From Candidatus Nanohalobium sp. (GTDB lineage Archaea; Nanohalarchaeota; Nanosalinia; Nanosalinales; Nanosalinaceae), in the NCBI GenBank assembly GCA_042217555.1, contig JBDGSL010000084.1, positions 1 through 20,498 on the forward strand: a stretch of 20,498 nt of DNA, written 5' to 3'. Below, one piece after another: positions 1 to 9,399 of the stretch. Positions within the stretch are counted from its first letter, which is position 1, and every line of letters starts with the position of its first letter. A model generated the notes under the pieces. It was not told the origin of the DNA. It did no database searches and saw nothing but the letters and a program-made list of their open reading frames with translations. Both the position numbers and the translations under genes were made by a program.

Positions 1-6
1 ATAAAT

Positions 7-1944
7 TCACTTTATATCTGGAAAAATATTAATTCTGTGCATCTGGGCTCTTGAAGTATGTCCTTTATAAAGCCCCCTCCGAGATTTGAACCCGGTCCTA
101 TCTACGAACTGTTTGATGTTCTTGATTCCGACTTCGAACTCGGTTCTAAGTATATCGAGCTGTAGATCGTCGACTATAGAACTCATCTCCTCTACCATCA
201 TCTCGATGAACTTTTCGTCTCCTTCTTCCTCTACGGTCTCTGGATGGTTAACATAAAATTCTGCGAAGTCGTGGAACATAGTTCCTTTACGGAAGTATTC
301 TTGATCTGCAGACTCCGTCAACTTGGAGAAAAAGTAATCTTTAGGGCAGTAAGCTAGCTTGTTGAGAGAGGACTGGCTTATAGTCTCTACTTCTTTATTC
401 TCAACATCGTATTCTTCTTTCTCAAAGCCCTGTTTCTCGGTTGGTAGAGAGCTAGAGTATTGATTTCCTTCTCTCTTGAGGTCACTGAAGGACTCTATCG
501 TCTGGTCCGTAAGTTCGTTGAAATATAGGCACGGCTTTATTTCTTCATTCAGCTGTTTCTCCTGCACTAGAAAGTGTTGTTGCTCTCCGTTCTGTATCAA
601 GGTCTTGAAGTCCTTCAGGTTGCTGTCTTCCTGTTTTTCTTGGTCGATCCATGGCTTGTCCGGTATGCTGGAAGTCCAGGAAGAATCCATTCCTAGGTAG
701 AATACAATAGGTCTGTCAACGTAGGCAGATGATTTAGCGGAAGCCAGTAGCACTCCTTTACTGGTTTTCTCTGACTCTATATCGTAGGTATCGAGATAGT
801 ATTCTAGTCGGCTGAGATTCTCATTGGTGATTTTTTCGCCTAGTATTCCTAGCTCTTCTAGGTTGTTTTCAAGTTCGCTGCAGTCTTCACCAAGCTCTTC
901 CTCAAACAGCTCTACTGCCTCACCAAAGGTAGATTCTTGAACTTGTTGAAGCAACTTTCTGAAATCTTCTACTTTGTTGTCTTCTACACCGTCTAAGTAG
1001 TCGTTGTTGAATTCGACGGAAATGTTTCTACCTAGCTTCTTGAGTACGGGCTGACATTCCTTCACTAATACTCTTTCAGATAGAGCCAGTCGGATAAGCC
1101 GTAAGTATGTACGTAACTTTTCGGATTCGGAGAATCCTTTCTGTGCCATGAAAGGTATTCCTTCGGATCGCAGGGCTGATTCTATCAAGGAGCCGTAGAT
1201 GCTTTCAGGGTTAGTTACAATAGCCACGTCCTGACAGTTCTTCTCCGTGATGTTCTCTTGAACAGCTCTTATTATCTCGGTAGTTGAGTTGTAGAACTTG
1301 AACTCTGGAACCTCTTCTTTTTCATCCGTGAAAACACTGAATTCGTCCGCATCATCGGGGACTACTTGTTTATCCAACTCATTGAACTGGTGAGCGTTTA
1401 CTACAGCCACATCTTTTTCGCTGTCAACCTGGAACTCCTGCATCTTGGAATAGACATTGTCTGTATTCCTGATGGCCTGAATTACCTGCTGAGTTGCCTG
1501 ATTATCGAACCTTTCGTATTGTAGTATAGCTTCGAGCTCTCCTGTTTCAAGCCAGCACTGAATAATATTTTCGAGCAGGTAAGATGTTTGTTTCCAGGAA
1601 AGATCTGTTTCTTCTACTGCTTCTAGGAATAAACCTCGTTCCTTCACCAGGTCCTGATTCTGGTAGTTACTGAGAACATAGATCATCGGCGTAGTAGCGA
1701 AGTGACCAAGTATCGGTTCATCTAGTCGTGTGTTCAATGCATCTTTGAGTGATGCTTCTGCCGTGAAAACCAAGTCGTAATCTTTGACTCTTTCGAATAT
1801 TTCCTCTACAGATAGAGATCTTTCAACCTGTAAGCTAGGCTTGTCACCTTTTTCTTCAGTTACGGAAGAATCCTGATCTGCAATTGCCTCGGTTCCCACA
1901 TTGTATATGTAAAGACACTTCCATTTATCGTTCTTTTCCCTCAA
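7..1944 (-). CDS. PD-(D/E)XK nuclease family protein (AddB/RexB-like), probably 3'-truncated; true start likely downstream of 1944
   Basis: Inactive-helicase-like N-terminal region followed by the AddB-type nuclease-domain entry 'ISQSSLNKLAYCPKDYFF...GTMFHDFAE'. No G-x-ID...DYK catalytic segment follows, and the acidic composition changes abruptly to a basic tail at the tRNA-like fragment (71-98). Confidence 0.7.
   Translation of the reverse strand: MREKNDKWKCLYIYNVGTEAIADQDSSVTEEKGDKPSLQVERSLSVEEIFERVKDYDLVFTAEASLKDALNTRLDEPILGHFATTPMIYVLSNYQNQDLVKERGLFLEAVEETDLSWKQTSYLLENIIQCWLETGELEAILQYERFDNQATQQVIQAIRNTDNVYSKMQEFQVDSEKDVAVVNAHQFNELDKQVVPDDADEFSVFTDEKEEVPEFKFYNSTTEIIRAVQENITEKNCQDVAIVTNPESIYGSLIESALRSEGIPFMAQKGFSESEKLRTYLRLIRLALSERVLVKECQPVLKKLGRNISVEFNNDYLDGVEDNKVEDFRKLLQQVQESTFGEAVELFEEELGEDCSELENNLEELGILGEKITNENLSRLEYYLDTYDIESEKTSKGVLLASAKSSAYVDRPIVFYLGMDSSWTSSIPDKPWIDQEKQEDSNLKDFKTLIQNGEQQHFLVQEKQLNEEIKPCLYFNELTDQTIESFSDLKREGNQYSSSLPTEKQGFEKEEYDVENKEVETISQSSLNKLAYCPKDYFFSKLTESADQEYFRKGTMFHDFAEFYVNHPETVEEEGDEKFIEMMVEEMSSIVDDLQLDILRTEFEVGIKNIKQFVDRTGFKSRRGLYKGHTSRAQMHRINIFPDIK
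71..98 (-). other. Isolated tRNA 3'-half fragment (T-arm, acceptor 3' strand and discriminator); att-site-like
   Basis: The minus strand reads GGA-CCGGG-TTCAAAT-CTCGG-AGGGGGC-T: a 5-bp T-stem with one G-U pair, a canonical T-loop, a 7-nt acceptor strand and U73. There is no matching 5' half. Confidence 0.65.
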
Positions 1945-1994
1945 TACTCGGCAGACAATTTTTATTTGAAACTGGAGGGCTCTATGATAGATAG

Positions 1995-3134
1995 ATGAAA
2001 GATCCGATTTATGAGTTGAAACTTGAAAGTAGAACCGACAGGGGTAAGGAGATTTACGAGTTTAAGTCTTCTGATGGTGTACCGTCAAAAGACAACTTCA
2101 GGGATTCTGAAATTGCACTGGCAGACACAGTAAATCCAGCACCTGAAGACGATATCTTGGTAATTCAGTCAGGATATGGATTCCTTCCAGTGATACTCGC
2201 AGACCAAGCTCCAAATGGAAAGACAATAGCAGGAGAAACTAGCGATCGTGCATATCAACTCACCAAATTAAATCTAGATAACAACAGAGTTGAAAATTGT
2301 ACACCTCAGAAGGTAGCTTTCTACACTGAAATCGATAAAAAGTTCGATAAGGTAGTGTACGCTCCGCGAGGTTACGAACCTGTGGACGTCGTAAAAAACA
2401 GGCTTTCAAATGCTGTTAAACTACTGGAAAACGGCGGAGAAATACTCATAGCCGGGAAGAAAACCTCCGGTATCAATCGATACCAGAGCCACCTCAAATC
2501 GTTTGCAGGAAATACTGAGAAATTAGACCAGCAAGGAAAACAGAAAGTCTACAGATACACCAAAAAAGGAGAATTTGAACCAGAAAATATAGATATAGAA
2601 ACCAACTTCAAAGCAAAAGTCGATGAGATAGAACTTGAATTCACTGCCTGCGAAGGACTCTTCTCCCCAAAAAGCCTAGACGATGGTAGCAGACTTCTGA
2701 TAGAAAACGTACAGGTCGACGAAGAAGATGAAGTACTAGACCTTGCCTGTGGATACGGAATAGTCGGGATATTCATGCAGAAGCTTCATGGCAGTAAGAT
2801 TTCTATGACCGACGACAATAGGATAGCGACACACTTCTGTAAGAAGAATGCAGAGGAAACAAATGTCGAATGTAAAGTCAAGAACAGAGATTGCCTTGAC
2901 GGTTTTCCGAACAAAAAATTCGACGCTATAGTCTCCAACCCGCCAACACATCAAGGAGAGGAAATCACTGATGAAATGTTCGAGCAATCTTACAAGTCAC
3001 TACGAAACGGTGGGAGTCTATATTTGGTCTATAACCGGAACATGAGATTCGAAGAAAAGCTCTCGAAGATGTTCAAAGAGACAGAAACACTTGAGAAAGC
3101 AGACAATTACCTTGTTCTGAAAGCGATAAAGTAA
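1995..3134 (+). CDS. RsmC/RlmG-like two-domain SAM-dependent (MTS family) methyltransferase, paralog 1
   Basis: GLFSPKSLDDGSRLL, LDLACGYG (motif I) and IVSNPPTH (motif IV), plus a degenerate N-terminal MTase domain (QSGYG). Confidence 0.85.
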   Translation: MKDPIYELKLESRTDRGKEIYEFKSSDGVPSKDNFRDSEIALADTVNPAPEDDILVIQSGYGFLPVILADQAPNGKTIAGETSDRAYQLTKLNLDNNRVENCTPQKVAFYTEIDKKFDKVVYAPRGYEPVDVVKNRLSNAVKLLENGGEILIAGKKTSGINRYQSHLKSFAGNTEKLDQQGKQKVYRYTKKGEFEPENIDIETNFKAKVDEIELEFTACEGLFSPKSLDDGSRLLIENVQVDEEDEVLDLACGYGIVGIFMQKLHGSKISMTDDNRIATHFCKKNAEETNVECKVKNRDCLDGFPNKKFDAIVSNPPTHQGEEITDEMFEQSYKSLRNGGSLYLVYNRNMRFEEKLSKMFKETETLEKADNYLVLKAIK

Positions 3135-3345
3135 TTGATGAATCAATCCTAGATATGAGCCGAAAATCCTCTCGGTGATTAATTTTGATGTTAACCTGTT
3201 CTGTGATCAACTGTCCGTGTAACTTGTAGTAGATTACCAGGACCCGTTCCGGTTCTGGCACAGGAACTGAGTCATTTTTCAGCCAACTGAATGACTGCTC
3301 TGGAACAGTCCTGTTCGGGTTAATAATTTTAGCTATGTTAATATT

Positions 3346-4247
3346 TTAACCAGATAGTTCCTCTGATAGCTTGGAGAATATCTCTTTGCCAACATCTCTT
3401 TTTAGGGAGTTGACAAATCTAAGATTGTAGTTATTTTCTTTCTGCGGTCGCCTTTCCGGGACTAACATGCCTCTGGTTTCTGTACCTTCAGTTTCGACTA
3501 CTGCGTTGATGCTCCTGAAATCTGCTATACCAGGTTTTACAGAAATGGCTGCAGCAAGCGTGTCATACATGACTGCTCCATCGAATACCGAGTTTTCTTC
3601 GTAATATTTGATGTAGGGATTCAAAATCTTCCTCCACTTCTGATTTTCTGTTAAGCTCTTGAAGCTCTCCATTGATACGGTAACTTTCCGGCAAGAGTTA
3701 ACCGGTACAAGTCTTGTTTCCTGCGAAGTGTTCTTCGCCACGATATCAGCTGCTTTTGGATCGACCCAGAAGTTGAATTCGGAAACTCTGTTCACGTTTC
3801 CAAATGTTTCTACTGCGCCACCCATTACAGTGACTGACCTGTATTTTTCCAGTAATTGTGGTTCTTTTCTAACTGCTTTTGCTATGTTTGTAAGCGGTCC
3901 AAGCGTCAAAAGTTTTGTATCGGGATCTGCGTTGTCTATCAAGGCGTTTACAGCGTCTCCTTCCGACCTACTGTACTCCTTGGGTACTTCGGTGCCGCCT
4001 AGTCCGTTTTCTCCGTGACTTTCTGCAGTTTCAAGCTTTCTGTCCAAAGGTTTCTCTGAGCCTCTATAAACAGATGCATCGATACCTGCTAATTCAGAAA
4101 CATAATTCGCATTCCTCAACAGTTTTCTTGTGTACTGTTCCCTGCTACAACTGTGACGGCTTCAATCTCAACCTCTTCAAGAGATGAAAGATAGAGAAGA
4201 GCAAGAGCGTCATCAACTCCTGGATCTGTATCTATGAAAAATTTCAT
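3346..4247 (-). pseudogene. Inosine/uridine-preferring nucleoside hydrolase with a 1-nt frameshift near 4119-4121
   Basis: ATG at 4247 gives MKFFIDTDPGVDDALAL...VAGN...ENC-stop (the DxDxxxDD Ca-binding motif). The rest (HGENGLG, LGPLTNIA, MGGA, SEFNFWVDP) continues in another frame from 4119. One extra T (TGT TTG AGG) restores an intact ORF. The start overlaps the upstream stop (ATGA). Confidence 0.85.
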
Positions 4248-5062
4248 CTCTCAACGCTCTCAAATCTTCCTAACCGGCTTTTGAAACCAGGAACCGGTTC
4301 ATATTCTACTCCTTCTTCCCTTGCGGTACCTCCTGAGACATACATGTATGCTCCTGCAACTTGTTCCTGAGTTCGCTCAAGTATCTCTTCTTCATCCAGT
4401 TCAGAGACTCCGTTTTCAACTGCATAATCTTGGAAGGTCTGATATTCAGGGTCAGAACTCCAGAAATTCTCTGCTACAGCTTTTCCTATTGAAGGAAACT
4501 CTTCAGGTATAAGTACTGTATCCGGTTCTGTCTGGAGATCTGTGTTCATAGCTGCCCATTTAACACATCTATCCTCTTCCCCATAACCAAGGGAGCTAGT
4601 AAGCTTGTAGCCTTCGTCATCGGCTGCTTCCCTAGCTAGGTCTTCAAAATCCTTGGAGATTTCTTCAACCGAATACTGATCTTCTATCAACCGGTCGAAT
4701 CCCTGGTAGAACTTGTCGAAATCCTGTTCCAATGCAGCTCCGCTGAACCCTCTGACTTTTCCACTTGACTGTTTTAATTCCGTGAATACAGGTCTTGGAA
4801 ACTTTCTTCCCGTATCTCTGAGTTCTATGAAATCGTAGTCTTTTACTTCTTTCCAGATCTCAGTGAACCCTTCGCCGGTTTTGGCAGCGATTTTCCCTCT
4901 GCCGTTGAGGATATCGAGGATTTCATCCGTATCCTCTCTATTAAGTTCTTCTCCAAGAGCTATTCCGGCGTTTCTTCCCTTCTGAGGCACTCCAATCGAG
5001 CTAGTCGTCGAACCTACTGCGGTATTGGCCGTATATCCAGCGTGTAGTCCATCGTTTCTCAC
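4244..5062 (-). CDS. Hypothetical acidic protein
   Basis: 272-aa ORF with halophile-type composition, abutting or overlapping its neighbours on both sides. Confidence 0.7.
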   Translation of the reverse strand: MRNDGLHAGYTANTAVGSTTSSIGVPQKGRNAGIALGEELNREDTDEILDILNGRGKIAAKTGEGFTEIWKEVKDYDFIELRDTGRKFPRPVFTELKQSSGKVRGFSGAALEQDFDKFYQGFDRLIEDQYSVEEISKDFEDLAREAADDEGYKLTSSLGYGEEDRCVKWAAMNTDLQTEPDTVLIPEEFPSIGKAVAENFWSSDPEYQTFQDYAVENGVSELDEEEILERTQEQVAGAYMYVSGGTAREEGVEYEPVPGFKSRLGRFESVER

Positions 5063-5374
5063 CTAGGACCACCCGAGTAGATTACATAGGTCGGTTTCTC
5101 CAGGTTCTCCTTCGTCAAGGTAGCCCTCAACCAGATCCTCACCGTTCTCTAGTTCAATGTACCTTACTTCCGGCTCTCCTTCGAAGTTTTCGTAAGGTCC
5201 ATCTACCACCTTCCCTAAAACGTCTGTGGAGTATTCCCTCTCTCGGTAAACCACTTTTTCGCTTCCAACTTCCTCGACTTTGGATTCGTACCTCTTTACC
5301 GGTACTTTTCGACGCCACGGAGGATCATCTTCTATCCATTCTATCTCTGAACCCAGAACTTCTCTTTCACTCAC
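5063..5374 (-). CDS. Hypothetical protein
   Basis: Acidic ORF. A GTG at 5374 preceded by a GGAGGTGG SD and overlapping the end of the AbrB gene is a better start than 5398. Confidence 0.65.
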   Translation of the reverse strand: MSEREVLGSEIEWIEDDPPWRRKVPVKRYESKVEEVGSEKVVYREREYSTDVLGKVVDGPYENFEGEPEVRYIELENGEDLVEGYLDEGEPGETDLCNLLGWS

Positions 5375-5666
5375 TGAGAACCACCTCCAGTATCCCATCA
5401 GAGTACTTGAAGCTCTCCACAGAGTCGAACTGAGAAAGAAGTTGAAGTGCCTCCTGCTTGCCTTCTACCTCTTCTCTAACTACTTTTCGTGACTGAATTG
5501 ATAGAGAAACCTGTTCATCTTCAGATAGGTTCAGCCGGTTCCGGATTTGAGCAGGTATCGTGACTCGGCCTTTAGAGTCCACCTGTGTTTTCCAGGTGAA
5601 CGACGCAGATTTCCTCTGGATATCTGCTTTATTCAGCTCCTCTTCCGAGGAGATGAAAGCAGCCAC
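5367..5666 (-). CDS. AbrB/MazE/SpoVT-family DNA-binding protein
   Basis: TQVDSKGRVTIPAQIRNRLNL is the AbrB/SpoVT signature. The start is uncertain. Confidence 0.8.
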   Translation of the reverse strand: MAAFISSEEELNKADIQRKSASFTWKTQVDSKGRVTIPAQIRNRLNLSEDEQVSLSIQSRKVVREEVEGKQEALQLLSQFDSVESFKYSDGILEVVLSE

Positions 5667-5672
5667 CTGAAG

Positions 5673-5724
5673 TTAGAATAGAGTTAGAACTGTTTGAACT
5701 GGTTTTAGAACTTTGTTTCGAACT
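5673..5724. repeat. Five short TTnGAA(CT) direct repeats upstream of the AbrB-like gene
   Basis: ttagaata (5673), ttagaact (5684), tttgaact (5693), ttagaact (5705), ttcgaact (5717); spacing 11, 9, 12, 12. Confidence 0.55.
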
Positions 5725-5792
5725 TTCCGGTGTGAACATATTCACCTTGCATTGTAAATCACGTTCTTGTACATCTACATGATATCACCGAA

Positions 5793-5800
5793 TTTATAAA
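5793..5800 (-). promoter_or_regulatory. Putative TATA box for the AbrB-hypothetical-nucleoside hydrolase operon
   Basis: TTTATAAA lies upstream of an AGGTGA SD and the ATG at 5739. Confidence 0.45.
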
Positions 5801-5830
5801 CCAATTTGGGAAAGCCGTGGGACACAGTGC

Positions 5831-6184
5831 CTATAACCCGAGCTTGTCGATTTTCTGTTTCAGTTGAGACAGATAAGGATCTGTCACTTCGTACTGTTCA
5901 GCTACCTTGGTCTGGTTCTTCGGGCTGTCGTTCTCTCTGATTTTGACTAGTTCCCAGATCAAGATCCGTTCCTTTTCGGACAGTTCTCTGTACTCTTCGT
6001 TCTCCATCAGTTTGTCGTAGGTTGACATAGTAGCTTCTACCTTTTCATCTACGGTAGAAACTTTGTTTTCAACCTTTTCTGAGACATTGCTGTTCATCTT
6101 GTAGATGTACCAGACTAGATCCCGGAGTTCTTCGTCTTCGAAAATGTTTGATATGTCATCGTCAAATATATCGTCTGGGATCAT
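5831..6184 (-). CDS. Small protein with C-terminal helix-turn-helix
   Basis: 'LSEKERILIW...KNQTKVAEQYEVTDPYLSQLKQKI' fits an HTH pattern; GGAGGTGA SD upstream. Confidence 0.7.
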   Translation of the reverse strand: MIPDDIFDDDISNIFEDEELRDLVWYIYKMNSNVSEKVENKVSTVDEKVEATMSTYDKLMENEEYRELSEKERILIWELVKIRENDSPKNQTKVAEQYEVTDPYLSQLKQKIDKLGL

Positions 6185-6186
6185 TT

Positions 6187-6489
6187 CTATTTCACCTCCA
6201 TTTTACAACCACAGTTTTCACAGGCATACCGATCTTCCTCAACCAGGACTAGTTCCTTAGAGCATTCGAGGCACTTGAACTTGAGGAAAGGTTCTTCAGA
6301 AGTAAAGTTGCTTTCTTTCAGTCCGATCTCTACTAGGTAGCGCACAACGGAAGCCTTGCTCCATTTCATGCCGTCGCTTATCTCTTCGATCTCCTCCAGT
6401 GTCGATCTCCGGAACCGGGCGTGTAACTGAACAAGTCTGTCATCTGAGGTGCCGGTCTTATACGTGTCTTTGTTATCGGCAGGTTCCAT
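6187..6489 (-). CDS. Ribbon-helix-helix (CopG-like) protein with C-terminal Zn ribbon
   Basis: A beta strand (VQLHARF), two helices (SKASVVRYLVEIGL) and CLEC...CENC; GGAGGA SD. Confidence 0.7.
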   Translation of the reverse strand: MEPADNKDTYKTGTSDDRLVQLHARFRRSTLEEIEEISDGMKWSKASVVRYLVEIGLKESNFTSEEPFLKFKCLECSKELVLVEEDRYACENCGCKMEVK

Positions 6490-6491
6490 TT

Positions 6492-6623
6492 TTACCGGTC
6501 CTCCGCCAGTTCTTCAGCGACCTGCTTGTAGTACCGGATTTTGGCTTCGATTGCATTGTCTAGCGAATCGAATTCAGATAATCTAGGTGGTTGAGATATG
6601 CAGTCTTCCTGTTCGGTTTCCAT
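6492..6623 (-). CDS. Small hypothetical protein, 43 aa (absent from the ORF track)
   Basis: METEQEDCISQPPRLSEFDSLDNAIEAKIRYYKQVAEELAEDR*; acidic, and its stop lies 2 nt before the RHH gene start. Confidence 0.6.
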   Translation of the reverse strand: METEQEDCISQPPRLSEFDSLDNAIEAKIRYYKQVAEELAEDR

Positions 6624-6703
6624 AACAGGAAAAGTTTTTCGTTTCTATACCCAGGTAAAAAATTCCCGGAAATGTATAAGGTTGCGGGACTTTTTGTTTA
6701 TAT

Positions 6704-7513
6704 ATGGAAGAACTTGAAGTCGGAAAGCCAGAAGAAATACTCAGAAGAATCGACTTCCAGAAAATAGTACCTAGCGAAGACCTGGCTAAGCGGATGGGAA
6801 GCAAAATATACATTTTAACTCATGGCGTAATGAAAGACGAGTTCCGACTAAAACATATAGAAGGAGATTTTGATGTCGAAACAGATTTCGAAAATGTAGA
6901 ACAGAAGAAACAGGAAATTAGGGATAAACTAGGTATATACTCCGAAACCGAGCTACAGAACCTGAAAAGAAGATTTGAAGCAGTTGGGTATATAGAACAG
7001 AAAGAAGATTCAGCCGCTTACAAATTAACTGAAGAAGGCAGATATCTATTCCATACTTACCTCCAAATGGTCAGTATATACCGAATATCCAAAATGATAG
7101 AGTACGCACAGATCAATAATAATTTAGAAGCTCTAGAAGGGATTGGAGATACAAAAGAGCATGTAAGTGACTTATCAGAGGAAATGAACGCTGAACTTAG
7201 AGAAAACTTTAGGAAAGAAGGTGTAAGGCCAGAGGATCAGGTAGCAGATGAAACAAGGGCAGGCCTCACTGATAACAGGTTAGGAACCAATTTCATGTAC
7301 GATAAGCTGACACTTACTGTTCAAGAACTCCATAGTAGAATCCAGAAACTGACTCAGGAAAGATTTGCCAGTATAATGGAGGAAGGTCAAGACGAAGCTG
7401 AAGAAATCCTGGAGATAATGGATCTAATTGACGGGCTTGCTGAAAAACCGCACACTCCCAACTTTGAAACACCTGAGCCGCCTGAAGACATGTATGAGCA
7501 ATTAAACAAATGA
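6704..7513 (+). CDS. Putative winged-helix transcriptional regulator
   Basis: 'ELQNLKRRFEAVGYIEQK...AYKLTEEGR' is a wHTH wing motif; the gene is divergent from the small-regulator operon. Confidence 0.6.
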   Translation: MEELEVGKPEEILRRIDFQKIVPSEDLAKRMGSKIYILTHGVMKDEFRLKHIEGDFDVETDFENVEQKKQEIRDKLGIYSETELQNLKRRFEAVGYIEQKEDSAAYKLTEEGRYLFHTYLQMVSIYRISKMIEYAQINNNLEALEGIGDTKEHVSDLSEEMNAELRENFRKEGVRPEDQVADETRAGLTDNRLGTNFMYDKLTLTVQELHSRIQKLTQERFASIMEEGQDEAEEILEIMDLIDGLAEKPHTPNFETPEPPEDMYEQLNK

Positions 7514-7556
7514 TCTGTCAGGAAAAATACATTAGCTTTGATAACAGATCATTTTT

Positions 7557-8477
7557 GTGAGGAAGGCTAAAAACCTTGGCCAGAGCGAAAATTCTTCCGA
7601 GAATCGTTTGCAGAGCCTGATTGTTCTACTGATAGTCTATCCATTTTTTGGCATCATTTTTGGTGTATTGCTGATTGCAATTTTCCCAGTTATAGCTCAA
7701 ATGTTCTCCATTATAGGTATTTTCTCTGAAGCCTTCCTCGAGTGGTATATTAACACTAAAAACCCTGTAAGTTGGAAATATATCTCAGGGTTCGCGATAG
7801 GAACCTGCTTATTATCCTCCTATATCTATCTGGCATTCCATAGAAATACGGAGTTTTCAGAAATAAATAAATCTAAACTATTATTCCCTTCAGCCCTAAC
7901 AGTTGCATCTCTAAGATGGCTACCTGATTTAGGTTTAGAACTTACAAAAAGGCTAGATACCTTTGTAGAAGGTACGATTTACGCACTTCCGTTCATAGTT
8001 TTCGTATATTTTGTAGAGTATAAACTTGATAGGAACGAAAATAATTTACCATCTAACCAGACTACGCTCAAAGAAGCTAAGCATACCAACGTATTGCGAA
8101 AATCTCGTTCATTATTCCTTTCAAACGAAATTACATGGCGAGTCTTCGTTAAACAATTGATCAGAGTAAAATTGCTGAAACTAAAACCAATTGAGAGAGT
8201 TAAACGAACCCCTGACTTCCTCATATTGAAAATTATATCCCAAAATAAACTAGATATTTTTAGTTATGTTTACTTAAGCCTTGTTTTAGGTTTAGCAACC
8301 TATATAGCCGAGAAAATAGTAGTAAGCCATGTCAAGCCGTTATTCACAATTTTAGTTTTATTATATCTTGTTCTTCTAGGCCTGGTGTATTTAGTATGGA
8401 ACAGGTTCTCAAACTGGATGAAAGAAAGTTTAGATATCATAGAAGAAGATTCCGAGCAGGTTGTCAAGCGCACCTAG
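7557..8477 (+). CDS. Hypothetical multi-pass membrane protein
   Basis: About six hydrophobic segments; AT-rich and less acidic than neighbouring genes. Confidence 0.7.
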   Translation: MRKAKNLGQSENSSENRLQSLIVLLIVYPFFGIIFGVLLIAIFPVIAQMFSIIGIFSEAFLEWYINTKNPVSWKYISGFAIGTCLLSSYIYLAFHRNTEFSEINKSKLLFPSALTVASLRWLPDLGLELTKRLDTFVEGTIYALPFIVFVYFVEYKLDRNENNLPSNQTTLKEAKHTNVLRKSRSLFLSNEITWRVFVKQLIRVKLLKLKPIERVKRTPDFLILKIISQNKLDIFSYVYLSLVLGLATYIAEKIVVSHVKPLFTILVLLYLVLLGLVYLVWNRFSNWMKESLDIIEEDSEQVVKRT

Positions 8478-8513
8478 TTCGGCAATTCGTCTATTACCGT
8501 AAAGTATTTCTCG

Positions 8514-9353
8514 CTAATTGAATTCTAGTTCAAACTTGTTTCTTCTTCCTTCCTGGCCTTTAGGCAATGTATTTTCGGTCTGGTAGTGTTTGCCTATAAT
8601 TAAAGCCTCTAATGTTTTTCTTGAGTCTTTAACTCGGGCAATCGAGAACTTGGCGTCTTCACCGAATTTCTTTTCGTGCTTGTAGAGTCTCTGTTTGATG
8701 TTCTTGGCTTGACCGATGTAGGCGAGTGGTGGTGCGTGGTTTTCAAACCATATCCTGTATACTGCTGTACCTGGCTCCACTTCCAATCTGTTGACCAATC
8801 TATCAGGTTGACTCCAGTCTAAACCCATCCACCTGCTATCAAGAACGTTTTCTTGTCTAGAATAATCAATTGAGTCTAGTTCAGTATGCATAGCGGCCCG
8901 TTCTTCTAAAGACTTCAAAACATGACTACGATCTAGGTTTACGGTTGGCGCAGTATCTTGACTCTGAATGTGTAAAGCAACCAGCAAGTATTCTAAACCG
9001 TATAGATCTATTTCCGACCTTGCAATGTTAGGATTCGCCACGCTGACTTGGAAGCCTTCACCAATTTTCTCCTTCAACTTCCATAGATGTGGTGCGGCAG
9101 TATGCGGAGCATTTCCTGGCTGTTCATCTTTATGCGTGTTATTGGCTAGCGATCTGACTCTTTCACGTAGTTTCCTACCCGTCTGACCTACGTATTCTAG
9201 GCCTTCTCTATCCTTATGTTTGACTCTATAAAGTCCGGAAGTTTTCGGCAGGTCGGATAAAGCAGGATTGTCACAGTGTAGCTGAGTCCAGTTGGTCCAT
9301 TCTAGATCCGCCCAGTCGCCAGAAGTTACTTCGGACTTATTTTCGAGATCCAT
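8514..9353 (-). CDS. Tandem GIY-YIG nuclease-domain protein
   Basis: Two modules, 'WADLEW...GLYRV...EYVGQT...LRERV' and 'WMGLDW...AVYRI...AYIGQA...IKQRL'. Likely start is the ATG at 9353. Confidence 0.8.
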   Translation of the reverse strand: MDLENKSEVTSGDWADLEWTNWTQLHCDNPALSDLPKTSGLYRVKHKDREGLEYVGQTGRKLRERVRSLANNTHKDEQPGNAPHTAAPHLWKLKEKIGEGFQVSVANPNIARSEIDLYGLEYLLVALHIQSQDTAPTVNLDRSHVLKSLEERAAMHTELDSIDYSRQENVLDSRWMGLDWSQPDRLVNRLEVEPGTAVYRIWFENHAPPLAYIGQAKNIKQRLYKHEKKFGEDAKFSIARVKDSRKTLEALIIGKHYQTENTLPKGQEGRRNKFELEFN

Positions 9354-9368
9354 GAAAAATCGTCTAAA

Positions 9369-9378
9369 GTTAATTAAC
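9369..9378. promoter_or_regulatory. Palindromic GTTAATTAAC; candidate bidirectional TATA element
   Basis: A perfect 10-bp palindrome within the 46-bp gap between the divergent ATGs at 9353 and 9400. Confidence 0.5.
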
Positions 9379-9399
9379 GTGGCTAGAGTTTTGAATTGT

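Noticed and set aside
3073..3340. Possible gene remnant between RsmC-like 1 and the nucleoside hydrolase
   Set aside because: An open minus-strand frame exists, but it has no convincing start or motif and overlaps the 3' end of the methyltransferase gene.
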